Positions 20,656 through 30,834 of a stretch of 64,000 bases of DNA are shown here, piece by piece. The position numbers and the translations under genes are program-made. Origin of the DNA: Candidatus Delongbacteria bacterium (GTDB lineage: Bacteria > CAIWAD01); the NCBI GenBank assembly GCA_963663545.1, contig OY760505.1:3008001-3072000 (forward strand), written 5' to 3'. The notes under the pieces were generated by a model. It was not told the DNA's origin, searched no databases, and saw only the letters and a program-made list of their open reading frames with translations. Each line of letters opens with the position of its first letter. Within the stretch, counting starts at the first letter, position 1.

Positions 20656-22556
20656 TGATCGAGTTCTTCTCCCTGGAAAACCTGGCGGGGCTGCTGACCT
20701 GCTTCGCCACGCTGATGATCTTCAGCTTCCTCTATCGCGATAATCCTTTTTACAAGTTCGCCGAGCACGTCTTTGTGGGTATGGCCACGGGGTATCAGGC
20801 GGTGCTGGTCTGGTTCCAGGTCATTCGCCCTAACCTGGTGGAAAAGCTGCTTGTACCCGAGGATAAAGTGCGCTTGTCCCTGCTAAGCGATGGCGGCCTG
20901 GATCCGCAGAGCTACATGGATCACGTCATCAGTTTCGCCGAGCGCATGCACTACGCAGAGTGGATCTACCTGCTCTTTCTTGTGCTTGGTCTGATGATGC
21001 TGTTCAAAGTCAGTGATCGCCTCAACTGGGTCAGTCGCTGGCCCTTGGCTTACGTCATCGGCGCCTTCGCAGGCATTCAGGTGATACAGGCCACACAGGG
21101 CTCGTTGATTCCCCAGGTGCACGCTACCATGAAGGATTTCACCGGCCAGGCCACCATTGTGGAACTGCTCGACAATAGCGGTCTGATGCCCGATGGCGAG
21201 TTCCAGTTGCGCGCGCAGCAAATCGACGACTATTTCAGTGGCATGCTTTTTCGTGATCCACAGGCGCAGGATTCCACGGTTTTAGTGCGTGAGCGCGATC
21301 GTCTTGTGGCTGGAATGCGTAGCGCCGTTGATGCGGATCTGCTACACAATCAACCGCGTGTGTCACTGGCACAGATGCGGGTTGCCGGTTATGCGCTTGC
21401 GCAGCAGGGTGATGTGCTTGAATCCGCTCTTTGTGATACATGGGGCGGACGACCGCTTGAAAGAAGTTTGCTGATGCTGATGCATCCCGAGCAGGATGAT
21501 GTCGCACTTGGCGAGCTGGAGCAGAATCTGCGTGCTACAGACGAGTTGCGTACTACAATTCTGGCTGGCGTGACACAAGAGCAGTTGAGCTCTGTGATTC
21601 TGGCACATTGGCAGTCGGTGCTTTACAGCGATATGCTTCGGGTCAGGCTCGAATCCGCCGAGTTTCGCAAGGCTTTGGCGAACCGTTGGCAGCCCACCGC
21701 TGGTGCAACAGCAGGAGAGCTTGCCCTGGCTTTCTGTCGCCCCAATGGCCGCCCCAGCTTGCTGGAAGCCTACAAGAGCGAAGGCTTTCCCGATGCCCAG
21801 CAACCAGATTGGCAAGCGATGGAAACCAATCGCATTGTCGATTCTTTGATGACCCAGGTCAATTCGCGTCCTGCGCGTCTCGCCGAGTGGCGGGCGGATC
21901 AGATCTCTGACTTGCGCGCGCGTATCGGTGATCAGCACGCTGACCTGGCAAAGGACTTTGAACTGCGCATGGCAGCGCTAGACGAAAGCCTGTCCGGTCT
22001 GAGTCCTGAGCAAGCACTGGTGATACGCAATCAGGCACGTGATACATGGTTGCGCAGTCTGCTAGATGAAAAAGCCTATTTCTATCAGAGTCTGTTGACC
22101 CGCGCAGTGCAGATCTACTGCAACCACGATCTCACTCTTCCCTTCAGCCGCGAACAGATGAAACAGCTGCGCCAGCACCCGAAGGAGACCCTGGCTTACA
22201 GCGACAACGCCATCAGTGCCAAAGCCATGCGCTGGCGGATGCTGGTCGAGATCCTTTCCAACCTGCTGGTGGTCATCGGCGTTTGCACGGGCGTTTTCTA
22301 CTTCTTCTTCTCAAAGAAGCATGTGGGCGCGCTGGGTGTGGCTTCCAAGGTGGGCATCGCTTTTCTGATGATGTCCTTCGGTGCCAGCTTCGGCTACACC
22401 GTCATGGGTCGTATCAGTTTGGCCATCGGGCGATTCCAGGATTTGCTGGCCTATCCGAAGATGGCGGTCTTTGCCTTGTTGGTGTTAGTCGTGACGCTGG
22501 CCCTCTGGGAGAAGCTTAGGAAGAAGCGTGAACCGGCCGGACCGGGTGCACGTTAA
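20655..22556 (+). CDS. Multi-TM membrane protein of the DUF6754 operon with large soluble insertion
   Basis: TGATG coupling; FSFLYRDNPFYKFAEH at N-terminus, FGASFGYTVMGR at C-terminus. Confidence 0.85.
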   Translation: MIEFFSLENLAGLLTCFATLMIFSFLYRDNPFYKFAEHVFVGMATGYQAVLVWFQVIRPNLVEKLLVPEDKVRLSLLSDGGLDPQSYMDHVISFAERMHYAEWIYLLFLVLGLMMLFKVSDRLNWVSRWPLAYVIGAFAGIQVIQATQGSLIPQVHATMKDFTGQATIVELLDNSGLMPDGEFQLRAQQIDDYFSGMLFRDPQAQDSTVLVRERDRLVAGMRSAVDADLLHNQPRVSLAQMRVAGYALAQQGDVLESALCDTWGGRPLERSLLMLMHPEQDDVALGELEQNLRATDELRTTILAGVTQEQLSSVILAHWQSVLYSDMLRVRLESAEFRKALANRWQPTAGATAGELALAFCRPNGRPSLLEAYKSEGFPDAQQPDWQAMETNRIVDSLMTQVNSRPARLAEWRADQISDLRARIGDQHADLAKDFELRMAALDESLSGLSPEQALVIRNQARDTWLRSLLDEKAYFYQSLLTRAVQIYCNHDLTLPFSREQMKQLRQHPKETLAYSDNAISAKAMRWRMLVEILSNLLVVIGVCTGVFYFFFSKKHVGALGVASKVGIAFLMMSFGASFGYTVMGRISLAIGRFQDLLAYPKMAVFALLVLVVTLALWEKLRKKREPAGPGAR

Positions 22557-22562
22557 CGGAGG

Positions 22563-23570
22563 ATGACGATGCGTTTGCTGGTAACCGGCGGAGCCGGATT
22601 TATCGGAGTCAATTTCATTCGCCACCTGCTGGATCACGAGCCTGATCTCAGCATCATCAATCTTGATGCGCTGACCTACGCTGGTTGTCGTGAGAGCCTG
22701 CAGGATCTTGAGAGCAACGAACGTTACGAGTTTGTGCACGGCAACATTCTTGATGAGAGCCTTGTGCGCCAGCTTGTATCACGCGTAGACGGCGTAGTCA
22801 ATTTTGCCGCAGAGTCGCACGTCGATCGCAGTATCACAGATCCAGATGTCTTTCTGCGCACCAACATTCTAGGGGTGCGTGTTCTCTTGGACGCCGTGAA
22901 GCACGAGGCCGCTTCAGGCCGTAAACTGCGCTTTCATCAGGTAAGCACCGATGAGGTCTACGGAGACTTGGGCAGCGGCGGCGGCTATTTTCGCGAGGAT
23001 ACTCCACTGGCGCCCTCCAGCCCCTACAGCGCCTCCAAAGCCTCAGCCGATCATTTGGTCATGGCATGGAAGCGCACTTTTGGTGTGGACGCCGTTATCA
23101 CGCGCTGCAGCAACAACTACGGTCCTTACCAGTTTCCCGAGAAGCTGATTCCACTGATGATCTGGAAGGCGGAGCACGACGAGTCGTTGCCGGTTTACGG
23201 CAAGGGCGAGAATGTACGCGACTGGCTCTTTGTAGAGGATCACGCCAGCGCCATTTGGACCGTGTTCCAGCAAGCCCAGAGCGGAGCTGTTTACAACGTG
23301 GGCGGAAACAGCGAGTGGAAGAATCTGGATCTGGTCAAGCTTCTGCTCAAACAGCTGGGCAAGCCCGAGAGTTTGATACGCTTCGTGCCCGACCGTCCGG
23401 GCCACGATTTACGCTATGCCATTGATGCGTCACGCATTGCGCGGGAGCTGGGGTGGAAGCCGCAAGTGACTTTTGCCGAAGGTATGGAGCGTACCATTGC
23501 CTGGTACAAGTCGCACAAAGACTGGTGTGAAATGGTGTTGAACAAGACCAAAGCTCATTGTGAAGGATAG
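22563..23570 (+). CDS. rfbB: dTDP-glucose 4,6-dehydratase
   Basis: TGGAGFIG, AAESHVDRSI, STDEVYG, YSASK, NNYGPYQFPEK. Confidence 0.96.
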   Translation: MTMRLLVTGGAGFIGVNFIRHLLDHEPDLSIINLDALTYAGCRESLQDLESNERYEFVHGNILDESLVRQLVSRVDGVVNFAAESHVDRSITDPDVFLRTNILGVRVLLDAVKHEAASGRKLRFHQVSTDEVYGDLGSGGGYFREDTPLAPSSPYSASKASADHLVMAWKRTFGVDAVITRCSNNYGPYQFPEKLIPLMIWKAEHDESLPVYGKGENVRDWLFVEDHASAIWTVFQQAQSGAVYNVGGNSEWKNLDLVKLLLKQLGKPESLIRFVPDRPGHDLRYAIDASRIARELGWKPQVTFAEGMERTIAWYKSHKDWCEMVLNKTKAHCEG

Positions 23571-25194
23571 CATGAACAGTTTTCGGTCCACGATCCTGAT
23601 TGTCTTGATGACGATGATGGCTGGCCACTTAGTGGCCGCACAACCGGCCAGTCAGCTCAGCCGTTTGCAGCGCAACCTGAGTACGAATTTTCAAATGGAC
23701 GAACTAGCGCCCACTTTGCCTGTATCACGCCCAACGCTCTCTGCTAAGGCGCAGCCCACAGCTTTGGATGGCCCGATTGATCCTACAGAGTACATCCTTG
23801 GCCCTGGCGACTACCTTGGCCTGATGTTCTACAACGTGGCGCGCACGCGCTATGATTTGATCGTTGAGCCGGACGGTGCCGTTGATTTGCAGTCTCTGGG
23901 CCGCTTTCAAGTAGCCGGCATGAGTCTGGCAGAGTTCGAGACGCGTCACACGGGTACTCTGTGTCACACGCATGCGGCAGATAGTCTGACGCTTTGGGTG
24001 ACACAGCCCCGTAGCATCCGTGTCTGGGTTGGTGGCTTGATCGAGGAGCCCCAGACCTTGGAGATGAGCTATCTCTCGCGTGTGGGCGATGTCTTGGGCC
24101 AGATCCATTTGCTGACTCCGGAAGGGGAGGAGACGTCCCGTGATTCACAGGTCTCATTGCGCCGTGTGCGTGTGATGCATCAGCAGGACACTACTTTCGT
24201 GGATCTGGGGAGCTTTTACCGTGCGGGTAATCTGAAGGACAATCCTCTGCTTGAGGCTGGCGATCGCGTCATTTTCGATCGCCGCGGCTTCAGTGTCCGT
24301 GCATACGGTCCTTTTCGTCAAGGGGATGGCGAAATGGAATGGGTGCCGGGTGATACGCCAGCCAGTCTAGTAGCCTATATGGGCGGTATCGTGGACAACG
24401 CAGAGGGCGGTGAGTTTGAATTGGTACGAGAAGATTCGGCGGGGAGCATCATTTTCCAGGAGCGCTTCCGTGATACAGATGCCGCCTACAGCGAGTTGCA
24501 GGTAGAGCCTCGCGACCGTCTTTTCTACTATGCACCCGATCTTCCCGGGCGAACGATTCGATTTGGAGAGGTTTACCTCTACGGAGCGGTCGATCATCCC
24601 GGTTGGTATCCGCTGGATGCCGGACAGAGTCTGGGTAGTGTGCTTGATCGCGCCAAGCCTAGTGTTGACGCCGACCTCTTTGCTCTCCGCGTCTATCGAC
24701 AGCAGGAGCTGGAACCCGAGATCGAGTACTACAACCAGATCGATGCTCGCACCATGATGGATTACTACGAGCGCGGATATCTCAAGGCGCGATTGCTAAG
24801 CGATGGCGGCAAAGTCGTGCTGAATGAGGCTGAGCTCCGCCAACAAATTCTTCGAAGCGGCGATCGTATTCTGATTCCGGCCTACACCAACGACGTGGAG
24901 CTTGTGGGGGGTGTGATACGCGAAGGTCATCAGATGTGGCATGAAGGCTGGAGTATTCGCGACTATGTGAAGGCAGCCGGAGGAAAGAGCAAGGGCACAT
25001 GGCTCAGCCGTGTCCGTGTGCGACAGCGTGGAGAGGATGCCTTTGCCGTTATGTCTCCGCGCTATCAGCCCAAGCCCGGTGATATTATCTATCTGCCCAT
25101 GCAGGAGCCGATGACGCCCTACCAGTATTTCAAAGAAGGTTTGACCATTGCGACGCAGGTGCTGACCGTGTATTTGATAGTCAGTGGTAATTAG
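23560..25194 (+). CDS. SLBB-domain polysaccharide export protein (Wza/KpsD-like)
   Basis: Signal peptide; YILGPGD, NPLLEAGD, GAVDHPG, PGDIIYLP. Confidence 0.85.
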   Translation: MKDSMNSFRSTILIVLMTMMAGHLVAAQPASQLSRLQRNLSTNFQMDELAPTLPVSRPTLSAKAQPTALDGPIDPTEYILGPGDYLGLMFYNVARTRYDLIVEPDGAVDLQSLGRFQVAGMSLAEFETRHTGTLCHTHAADSLTLWVTQPRSIRVWVGGLIEEPQTLEMSYLSRVGDVLGQIHLLTPEGEETSRDSQVSLRRVRVMHQQDTTFVDLGSFYRAGNLKDNPLLEAGDRVIFDRRGFSVRAYGPFRQGDGEMEWVPGDTPASLVAYMGGIVDNAEGGEFELVREDSAGSIIFQERFRDTDAAYSELQVEPRDRLFYYAPDLPGRTIRFGEVYLYGAVDHPGWYPLDAGQSLGSVLDRAKPSVDADLFALRVYRQQELEPEIEYYNQIDARTMMDYYERGYLKARLLSDGGKVVLNEAELRQQILRSGDRILIPAYTNDVELVGGVIREGHQMWHEGWSIRDYVKAAGGKSKGTWLSRVRVRQRGEDAFAVMSPRYQPKPGDIIYLPMQEPMTPYQYFKEGLTIATQVLTVYLIVSGN

Positions 25195-25262
25195 TGTTGT
25201 TAAGCAGCAAGGCTGTGTCACGCCTTTTAGTGTGATACAGCCTTTTTCTTTTTGGGGCTGGT

Positions 25263-26720
25263 ATGGAGGAGAAGCACACCAACAGAGAAAGCAGCAAAGC
25301 ACATGGTGTGCGCTCACATCGCTTACGCTTGTGGGGCGAGGTATTGACCCTGCTTCCTGCCGATTACGTCGCCATTCACTTCTCTACTTATCTCACCTGG
25401 TGGTTGCGCTTCCGCAGCGGTTTCTTTGCTGATGTTGAGCCCTTTCCCTTGCCGACCACGGCCATTGTTGCGCTTAGTCTCTTCTGGATGTCCATCTTTG
25501 CCCTGCGCGGCCAGTACCGCAAATTGCACGTGATCAGCCGTTTGCGCGCTGTCCAACAGGTGTTTTTCAGTGTACTTGTGGGGCTTATGCTCCTCTTTGT
25601 GCTCACCTTCGAACCCACGCGTCCTTTCAGCGCTGGACGCCTGGCACTGCTGACCTACGGCTTTGGTGTGTTCCTGGGAGCTGGTGCTGGGCGTGTGTTG
25701 TATCGCACGGTGCAGAAGCGCCTGCTGGAACACGGCATCGGCTTGCGTAACACACTGATCATCGGCGATGGTCCATTGGCATCGATCTACGCACGCCAGT
25801 TTCGCGTTCATCCGGGCATGGGGTATCGTGTGCTCGGGCGTGTTACAACCGAGTCCGTGACACAGCCCGGCGAAGGAGTCGACAGCGGAGGCGGCCCATT
25901 TCCTTTGCTTGGCGGTTTATCGGAGCTGCCAGAGCTGATGGATGAGTACGGAGCCCAGGAGCTGCTGCTGACAGAGGCCAATCGCGACGTCCTCTTTGAG
26001 GTAATTCGTGCGGGTGTGTCACAGGGTGCAGAAGTGCTCGTCGTGCCCGATTTGCACGATCTGGTGCTGGGTAATGTGCGTGCTACAGACGTTTGGGGTC
26101 AGCCGACAGTGCAGGTCCTGCCGCATTTGATGGCACCCTGGCAGTTTCTGCTGAAGCGCTTGCTGGACATTGTTGTATCGCTCGTGCTGCTTGTTTTTAG
26201 TGCGCCTCTGTTTCTCGTACTTCCACCGCTGATTCGCTCCGCTTCGCCAGGTGCTCCAGCCTTGTATCACCAACGCAGAATTGGCCGCAAAGGACGTGAG
26301 TTTACCCTGTACAAGTTCCGCACTCTGCACCCGGAGACGAAGGGCGCACTTGCCGCAGCAACACTGGACCAAGATCGCTTGTTCCCGCTAGGGCGGTGGC
26401 TGCGCCGTTATCGCATCGACGAGATTCCCCAGTTCTGGAATATTCTGCGCGGACAGATGTCGCTTGTTGGGCCGCGTCCTGAGCAACGTGGTTTTGTCGA
26501 ACAGTACCTCCGCGATTTTCCGCTATATGCGCGCCGACACAACATTCGTCCCGGCCTAACGGGCTGGGCCCAGGTGCGCCAGGCCTACGACGAGTCTGTA
26601 TCACATCCAGAGGATAAGCTGCGTCTGGATCTTTTCTATCTGCAAAACATGAGCCTCGAGCTGGATCTGAAAATCCTCTTCTTCACCGTTCGTACCGTGC
26701 TGCGCGGCCAGGGCGTGTAA
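25263..26720 (+). CDS. Polyprenyl-phosphate hexose-1-phosphate transferase (WcaJ/WbaP family)
   Basis: KRLLDI, YKFRT, DEIPQFWNILRGQMSLVGPRPE, RPGLTGWAQV. Confidence 0.93.
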   Translation: MEEKHTNRESSKAHGVRSHRLRLWGEVLTLLPADYVAIHFSTYLTWWLRFRSGFFADVEPFPLPTTAIVALSLFWMSIFALRGQYRKLHVISRLRAVQQVFFSVLVGLMLLFVLTFEPTRPFSAGRLALLTYGFGVFLGAGAGRVLYRTVQKRLLEHGIGLRNTLIIGDGPLASIYARQFRVHPGMGYRVLGRVTTESVTQPGEGVDSGGGPFPLLGGLSELPELMDEYGAQELLLTEANRDVLFEVIRAGVSQGAEVLVVPDLHDLVLGNVRATDVWGQPTVQVLPHLMAPWQFLLKRLLDIVVSLVLLVFSAPLFLVLPPLIRSASPGAPALYHQRRIGRKGREFTLYKFRTLHPETKGALAAATLDQDRLFPLGRWLRRYRIDEIPQFWNILRGQMSLVGPRPEQRGFVEQYLRDFPLYARRHNIRPGLTGWAQVRQAYDESVSHPEDKLRLDLFYLQNMSLELDLKILFFTVRTVLRGQGV

Positions 26721-26959
26721 CACAGGATCTGGCACTGAGACGAAGATCCACTCTGTAGGCCGCATCCAACAGCCTTCCCCGCTCGCGCTAGTCTGAGCTG
26801 CTTCAGTGGAACATGCCCTCTATTGCCGAATGCCTGCAGGATCTTTTGCTCGTCTCTGCCGTAGAAGTTGGCTAAAAATGTTAGAGGCAACGAAGAATGA
26901 GTGTGAGGAACTCAGTGGCCATTGCTGCAATGGATTCCAGAAAAGCAGAGGAGGAAGAA

Positions 26960-28141
26960 GTGAGTGAGACACGTGGAAACTTCATGATGCGCTTCCTGCG
27001 CATGGAGGCGGCAGGCGGCATTCTGCTGATGCTGGCAACTCTACTGGCACTGGCGATGGCCAACTCGCCGCTGGAGCGGATGTATTCGCTGTTGCTGAGT
27101 CTGCCACTGACTGTGGGGCTGGGGGAGTTTCTGCTCTCTAAACCGCTTCTGTTGTGGATCAATGATGGCCTGATGGCGGTCTTCTTTTTCCTGATCGGCC
27201 TGGAGCTGAAGCGCGAGCTGCTTGAAGGCGAGCTGGCGAATCCGCGCAACATTCTGCTGCCGGGGATCGGCGCAGTGGGCGGCATGTTGATTCCGGCTCT
27301 GATCTACCTGCTGTTCAATCGCGCGGACGAGATCGCCGTTCAGGGCTGGGCCATTCCAGCGGCCACGGACATTGCCTTTGCGTTGGGTATCCTTTCGCTG
27401 CTGGGGTCGCGCGTGCCCACCAGCATCAAGGTCTTCCTGACTTCCCTGGCCATCTTCGATGATGTGGGCGCCATCCTGATCATCGCTCTTTTCTACACCG
27501 ACAAACTGCTGCTGATGCCATTGGCGATTGTGGGTCTTGTCCTGCTGGTATTGCTCTTCCTGCGCTGGCGGGGCGTGGAATCCATTCCGCTGCATCTGCT
27601 GCTGGGCGCGCTCATGTGGGTGGCCATGCTCAAGTCCGGCGTGCACGCCACCTTGGCGGGTGTGCTGCTGGCTTTCTTCATTCCGCTTGCCTCGCGTCAC
27701 CGAAAGGGGTATTCCCCGCTGCGGAGTCTGGAGCACAGGCTGCACGGCCCCGTGGCCTACGCCATTCTGCCCATTTTTGCATTTGCCAACGCTGGTCTGG
27801 CCCTCGGTGGTGTGGGGCTTCAGGAGCTCCTGCACCCGGTACCTGCAGGTATCGCGCTGGGGCTCTTCGCTGGCAAGCAACTGGGTGTCTTTCTGTTCAC
27901 GGCGGTAGTTGTGCTCCTGAAATGGGCCACCCTGCCGCGGGGTATGAGCTGGTCATCTCTTTATGGCACTGCCGCCTTGGCGGGTGTTGGCTTCACCATG
28001 AGCCTTTTCATCGGATCACTGGCTTTCGAACGAACCGGGATGGATCTGCTCTTTGATGAGCGTCTGGGCATTCTGCTAGGGTCGCTGCTCTCGGGTCTAC
28101 TGGGCTACTTCGTCCTGCGACGCAGCCTGCGTGCAGTATAG
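26960..28141 (+). CDS. nhaA: Na+/H+ antiporter NhaA
   Basis: WINDGLMAVFF, ATDIAFA, AIFDD motifs; GTG start after GAGGAGG. Confidence 0.96.
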   Translation: MSETRGNFMMRFLRMEAAGGILLMLATLLALAMANSPLERMYSLLLSLPLTVGLGEFLLSKPLLLWINDGLMAVFFFLIGLELKRELLEGELANPRNILLPGIGAVGGMLIPALIYLLFNRADEIAVQGWAIPAATDIAFALGILSLLGSRVPTSIKVFLTSLAIFDDVGAILIIALFYTDKLLLMPLAIVGLVLLVLLFLRWRGVESIPLHLLLGALMWVAMLKSGVHATLAGVLLAFFIPLASRHRKGYSPLRSLEHRLHGPVAYAILPIFAFANAGLALGGVGLQELLHPVPAGIALGLFAGKQLGVFLFTAVVVLLKWATLPRGMSWSSLYGTAALAGVGFTMSLFIGSLAFERTGMDLLFDERLGILLGSLLSGLLGYFVLRRSLRAV

Positions 28142-28545
28142 CTTTGCCACGATGGCGCACCTGAGCGCCGGATTGGTGGCTGGCAGCGCTTTGTGGCAGA
28201 TCCCGATCTCGATACCGGGTATCAGGCGGAGCTGGGGAGGAGCTCCGACGCGACACTGCTGGAGCTGGATGACATCAGCCACCTGCCACACTTCTTATCC
28301 TTGAAGACTCTCGCAAAGGACTGTTTGGCTCCCTGAACTGAACGTCCAGCTCTATCCATCCAGAATACCCTGCTACCGGTGGTGGCGACTAGCTGCTCTA
28401 CTTTAATAGGAAATATGTTGCGTGAATAAATGGAGAATGTCTTTTAATATGCAAAACACTGCCGGTATGAAGTTTATCTTGGATATTTCAATAAGAAGTA
28501 AATAGTTGTTGTTTGTAATTAGTACTAGGGATTAACAGGTCAAAT

Positions 28546-28905
28546 ATGACGGATATAGCTTACATGGAGTCCGGCAACAGTCGGCAGATCGAGCAGAGCT
28601 TGTGCAAGCGGCTGGAAGCTCTGCGGCTGGCGCGCAATATCACCCAGCAGCAACTTGCCGACGAAGCCGGAGTATCGCTGCGCACCATCGGTCGCATGGA
28701 GAAGGGCCTTGGTGTTTCCCTGGATACTTTCCTACGCGTGCTCATTGCGCTCAGACTGCAGGGCAATCTGGACGCGCTGCTGCCCGATCCGCAAATACGT
28801 CCCATGGAGCGAATCGGTCGCAGGGGCAAAGAGCGCAAACGTGCTCGTCCGAAGGTGACGGAGAACCAGGCTCCTTGGGACTGGGGGGAGGATGAGCAAT
28901 CATGA
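28546..28905 (+). CDS. XRE-family HTH protein, probable HipB-type antitoxin
   Basis: ITQQQLADEAGVSLRTIGRME; overlaps the hipA start (ATGA). Confidence 0.85.
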   Translation: MTDIAYMESGNSRQIEQSLCKRLEALRLARNITQQQLADEAGVSLRTIGRMEKGLGVSLDTFLRVLIALRLQGNLDALLPDPQIRPMERIGRRGKERKRARPKVTENQAPWDWGEDEQS

Positions 28906-30200
28906 TTCGTGATGCAGAAGTGATGCTGTGGGGGCGTCAGATCGGCGCCGTCAGCTGGCTGCCCGAGCGTGCCCTTGCTGCCTTTCAGTACGCGCCGGAG
29001 TTTCTAGCCAGCGGCATTCAACTCTCGCCTCTGGTGATGCCGCTGCAGGACACAGTCTACGAATTTCCAGCCCTCGAGCGCGCGAGCTTTCACGGCCTGC
29101 CGGGCCTGCTGGCGGACAGTTTGCCCGACAAGTACGGCCACGCCATCATCGATGCCTGGCTGGCTGCGCAGGGACGCAGTCCGGAGTCCTTCCAACCCGT
29201 GGAGCGTCTGTGTTTCGTGGGCCAGCGAGGCATGGGCGCGCTTGAGTTTCAACCGGCGCTAGGTGAGACGCCGCGTGGTGGGCGCGAACTGGAGCTGGCG
29301 GGTCTGGTGGAGCTGGCCAATCGTGTCCTCGACGAACGAGCGCAGCTGGATGGGCGCTTGCAGGGCGTTGACGACCACGAGGCAATCAAGGACATTCTGC
29401 GCGTCGGCACTTCGGCCGGCGGTGCACGTGCCAAGGCTGTGCTGGCGTGGAATCCGCAGACGGGCAGCTTCCGTTCCGGGCAGGTACCGGTGGACGGGGG
29501 CTACCAGCACTGGATCCTCAAGTTCGACGGCGTATCGACGGCGGACCCGGAGACGGCCACCCCGCAAGGCTACGGGCGAATCGAATACGCCTACCACCTG
29601 ATGGCGCGGGCTGCTGGCATCGAGATGAGCGAATGCCGTCTGCACGAAGAGGGCGGGCGCTACCATTTCATGACCCGACGCTTTGACCGTGATACAAAAG
29701 GCAACAAGCTGCACATGCAATCGCTGGGCGCGCTGGCGCACTTCGATTACCGGCAGCCCTTCGCTTGCAGCTACGAGCAGGTGCTGCAGGTGATGCGCCG
29801 CTTACAGCTGCCCATGCGTGATACAGAGCAGCTTGTGATACGCGCCTTCTTCAATATCGCCGGACGCAACTGCGACGATCACGTCAAGAACATTGCCTTT
29901 CTGATGGACCGCCAGGGCCGTTGGCGACTGGCACCCGCCTTCGACCTGAGCTACGCCTGGAATCCGCAGGGTCTGTGGACGAGCCAGCACCAACTAAGCA
30001 TGAATGGCAAGCGCAGAGATTTCTCTCGTGAGGATCTATTGGGCTTCGCAGGTCTAGCGGGCATCAAGATCCCTCGTGCTCGTCGTCTACTGGATGCGTT
30101 GCTGGACGTGATACAGCGCTGGCCGGAGTTCGCAAGGCAGGCGGGAGTGCCTGAACAGCGGATCACGCAGATCGGTACGCAACACTGCCTATTGACGTAG
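28902..30200 (+). CDS. hipA: HipA-family Ser/Thr kinase toxin
   Basis: N-terminal couple-hipA region; SAGGARAK, NCDDHVKN, LAPAFD. Confidence 0.92.
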   Translation: MIRDAEVMLWGRQIGAVSWLPERALAAFQYAPEFLASGIQLSPLVMPLQDTVYEFPALERASFHGLPGLLADSLPDKYGHAIIDAWLAAQGRSPESFQPVERLCFVGQRGMGALEFQPALGETPRGGRELELAGLVELANRVLDERAQLDGRLQGVDDHEAIKDILRVGTSAGGARAKAVLAWNPQTGSFRSGQVPVDGGYQHWILKFDGVSTADPETATPQGYGRIEYAYHLMARAAGIEMSECRLHEEGGRYHFMTRRFDRDTKGNKLHMQSLGALAHFDYRQPFACSYEQVLQVMRRLQLPMRDTEQLVIRAFFNIAGRNCDDHVKNIAFLMDRQGRWRLAPAFDLSYAWNPQGLWTSQHQLSMNGKRRDFSREDLLGFAGLAGIKIPRARRLLDALLDVIQRWPEFARQAGVPEQRITQIGTQHCLLT

Positions 30201-30268
30201 CAGCAGCGAGTCTCGTGCGAAATCGCGAGCTTGACGCAGCAAGAACACAACCCAGCACGAGGCAGACC

Positions 30269-30823
30269 GTGGAGACAATCGCTTTACTGCTCATCGACCT
30301 GCAGCGGGACTACTTCCCCGGCGGGCGCATGGAACTGATCGACATGAATGAGGCTGCGGAACAGGCAGCCAGGCTGCTCGAACACTTCCGCCGACGCAAA
30401 CTGCCCGTGATTCATATACAGCATGTTTCGACGCGGCCGGGCGCTGGCTTCTTCCTGCCCGATACGGAGGGCGTGGAGATTCATCCCACTCTGGCACCGC
30501 TGGATTCTGAGAAGCACCTCATCAAGCACGCGCCGAACAGTTTCCGTGACACAGATCTGCATCGCCATTTGCAGGAATTGAGCATCAGCGAGTTGCTGAT
30601 CTGCGGAGCGATGACGCACATGTGTATCGACACCAGCGTGCGGGCGGCCTTTGATCTGGGCTACACCCTGCGCGTGGCTGCCGATGCCTGTGCCACCCGT
30701 GATCTTGTGTTCCAGGGACAGCAGGTTCCAGCAGCCCAGGTGCAGGCGGCCTTCCTGGCGGCGCTGGCTTCACCCTTTGCCAGGGTGTTGCCGACCTCAG
30801 AGCTCCTGGCCGGGATCGAGTGA
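30269..30823 (+). CDS. Isochorismatase-family cysteine hydrolase
   Basis: LLLIDLQRDYF, KHAPNSF, GAMTHMCIDT. Confidence 0.92.
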   Translation: METIALLLIDLQRDYFPGGRMELIDMNEAAEQAARLLEHFRRRKLPVIHIQHVSTRPGAGFFLPDTEGVEIHPTLAPLDSEKHLIKHAPNSFRDTDLHRHLQELSISELLICGAMTHMCIDTSVRAAFDLGYTLRVAADACATRDLVFQGQQVPAAQVQAAFLAALASPFARVLPTSELLAGIE

Positions 30824-30834
30824 GGTGAAGCGCG

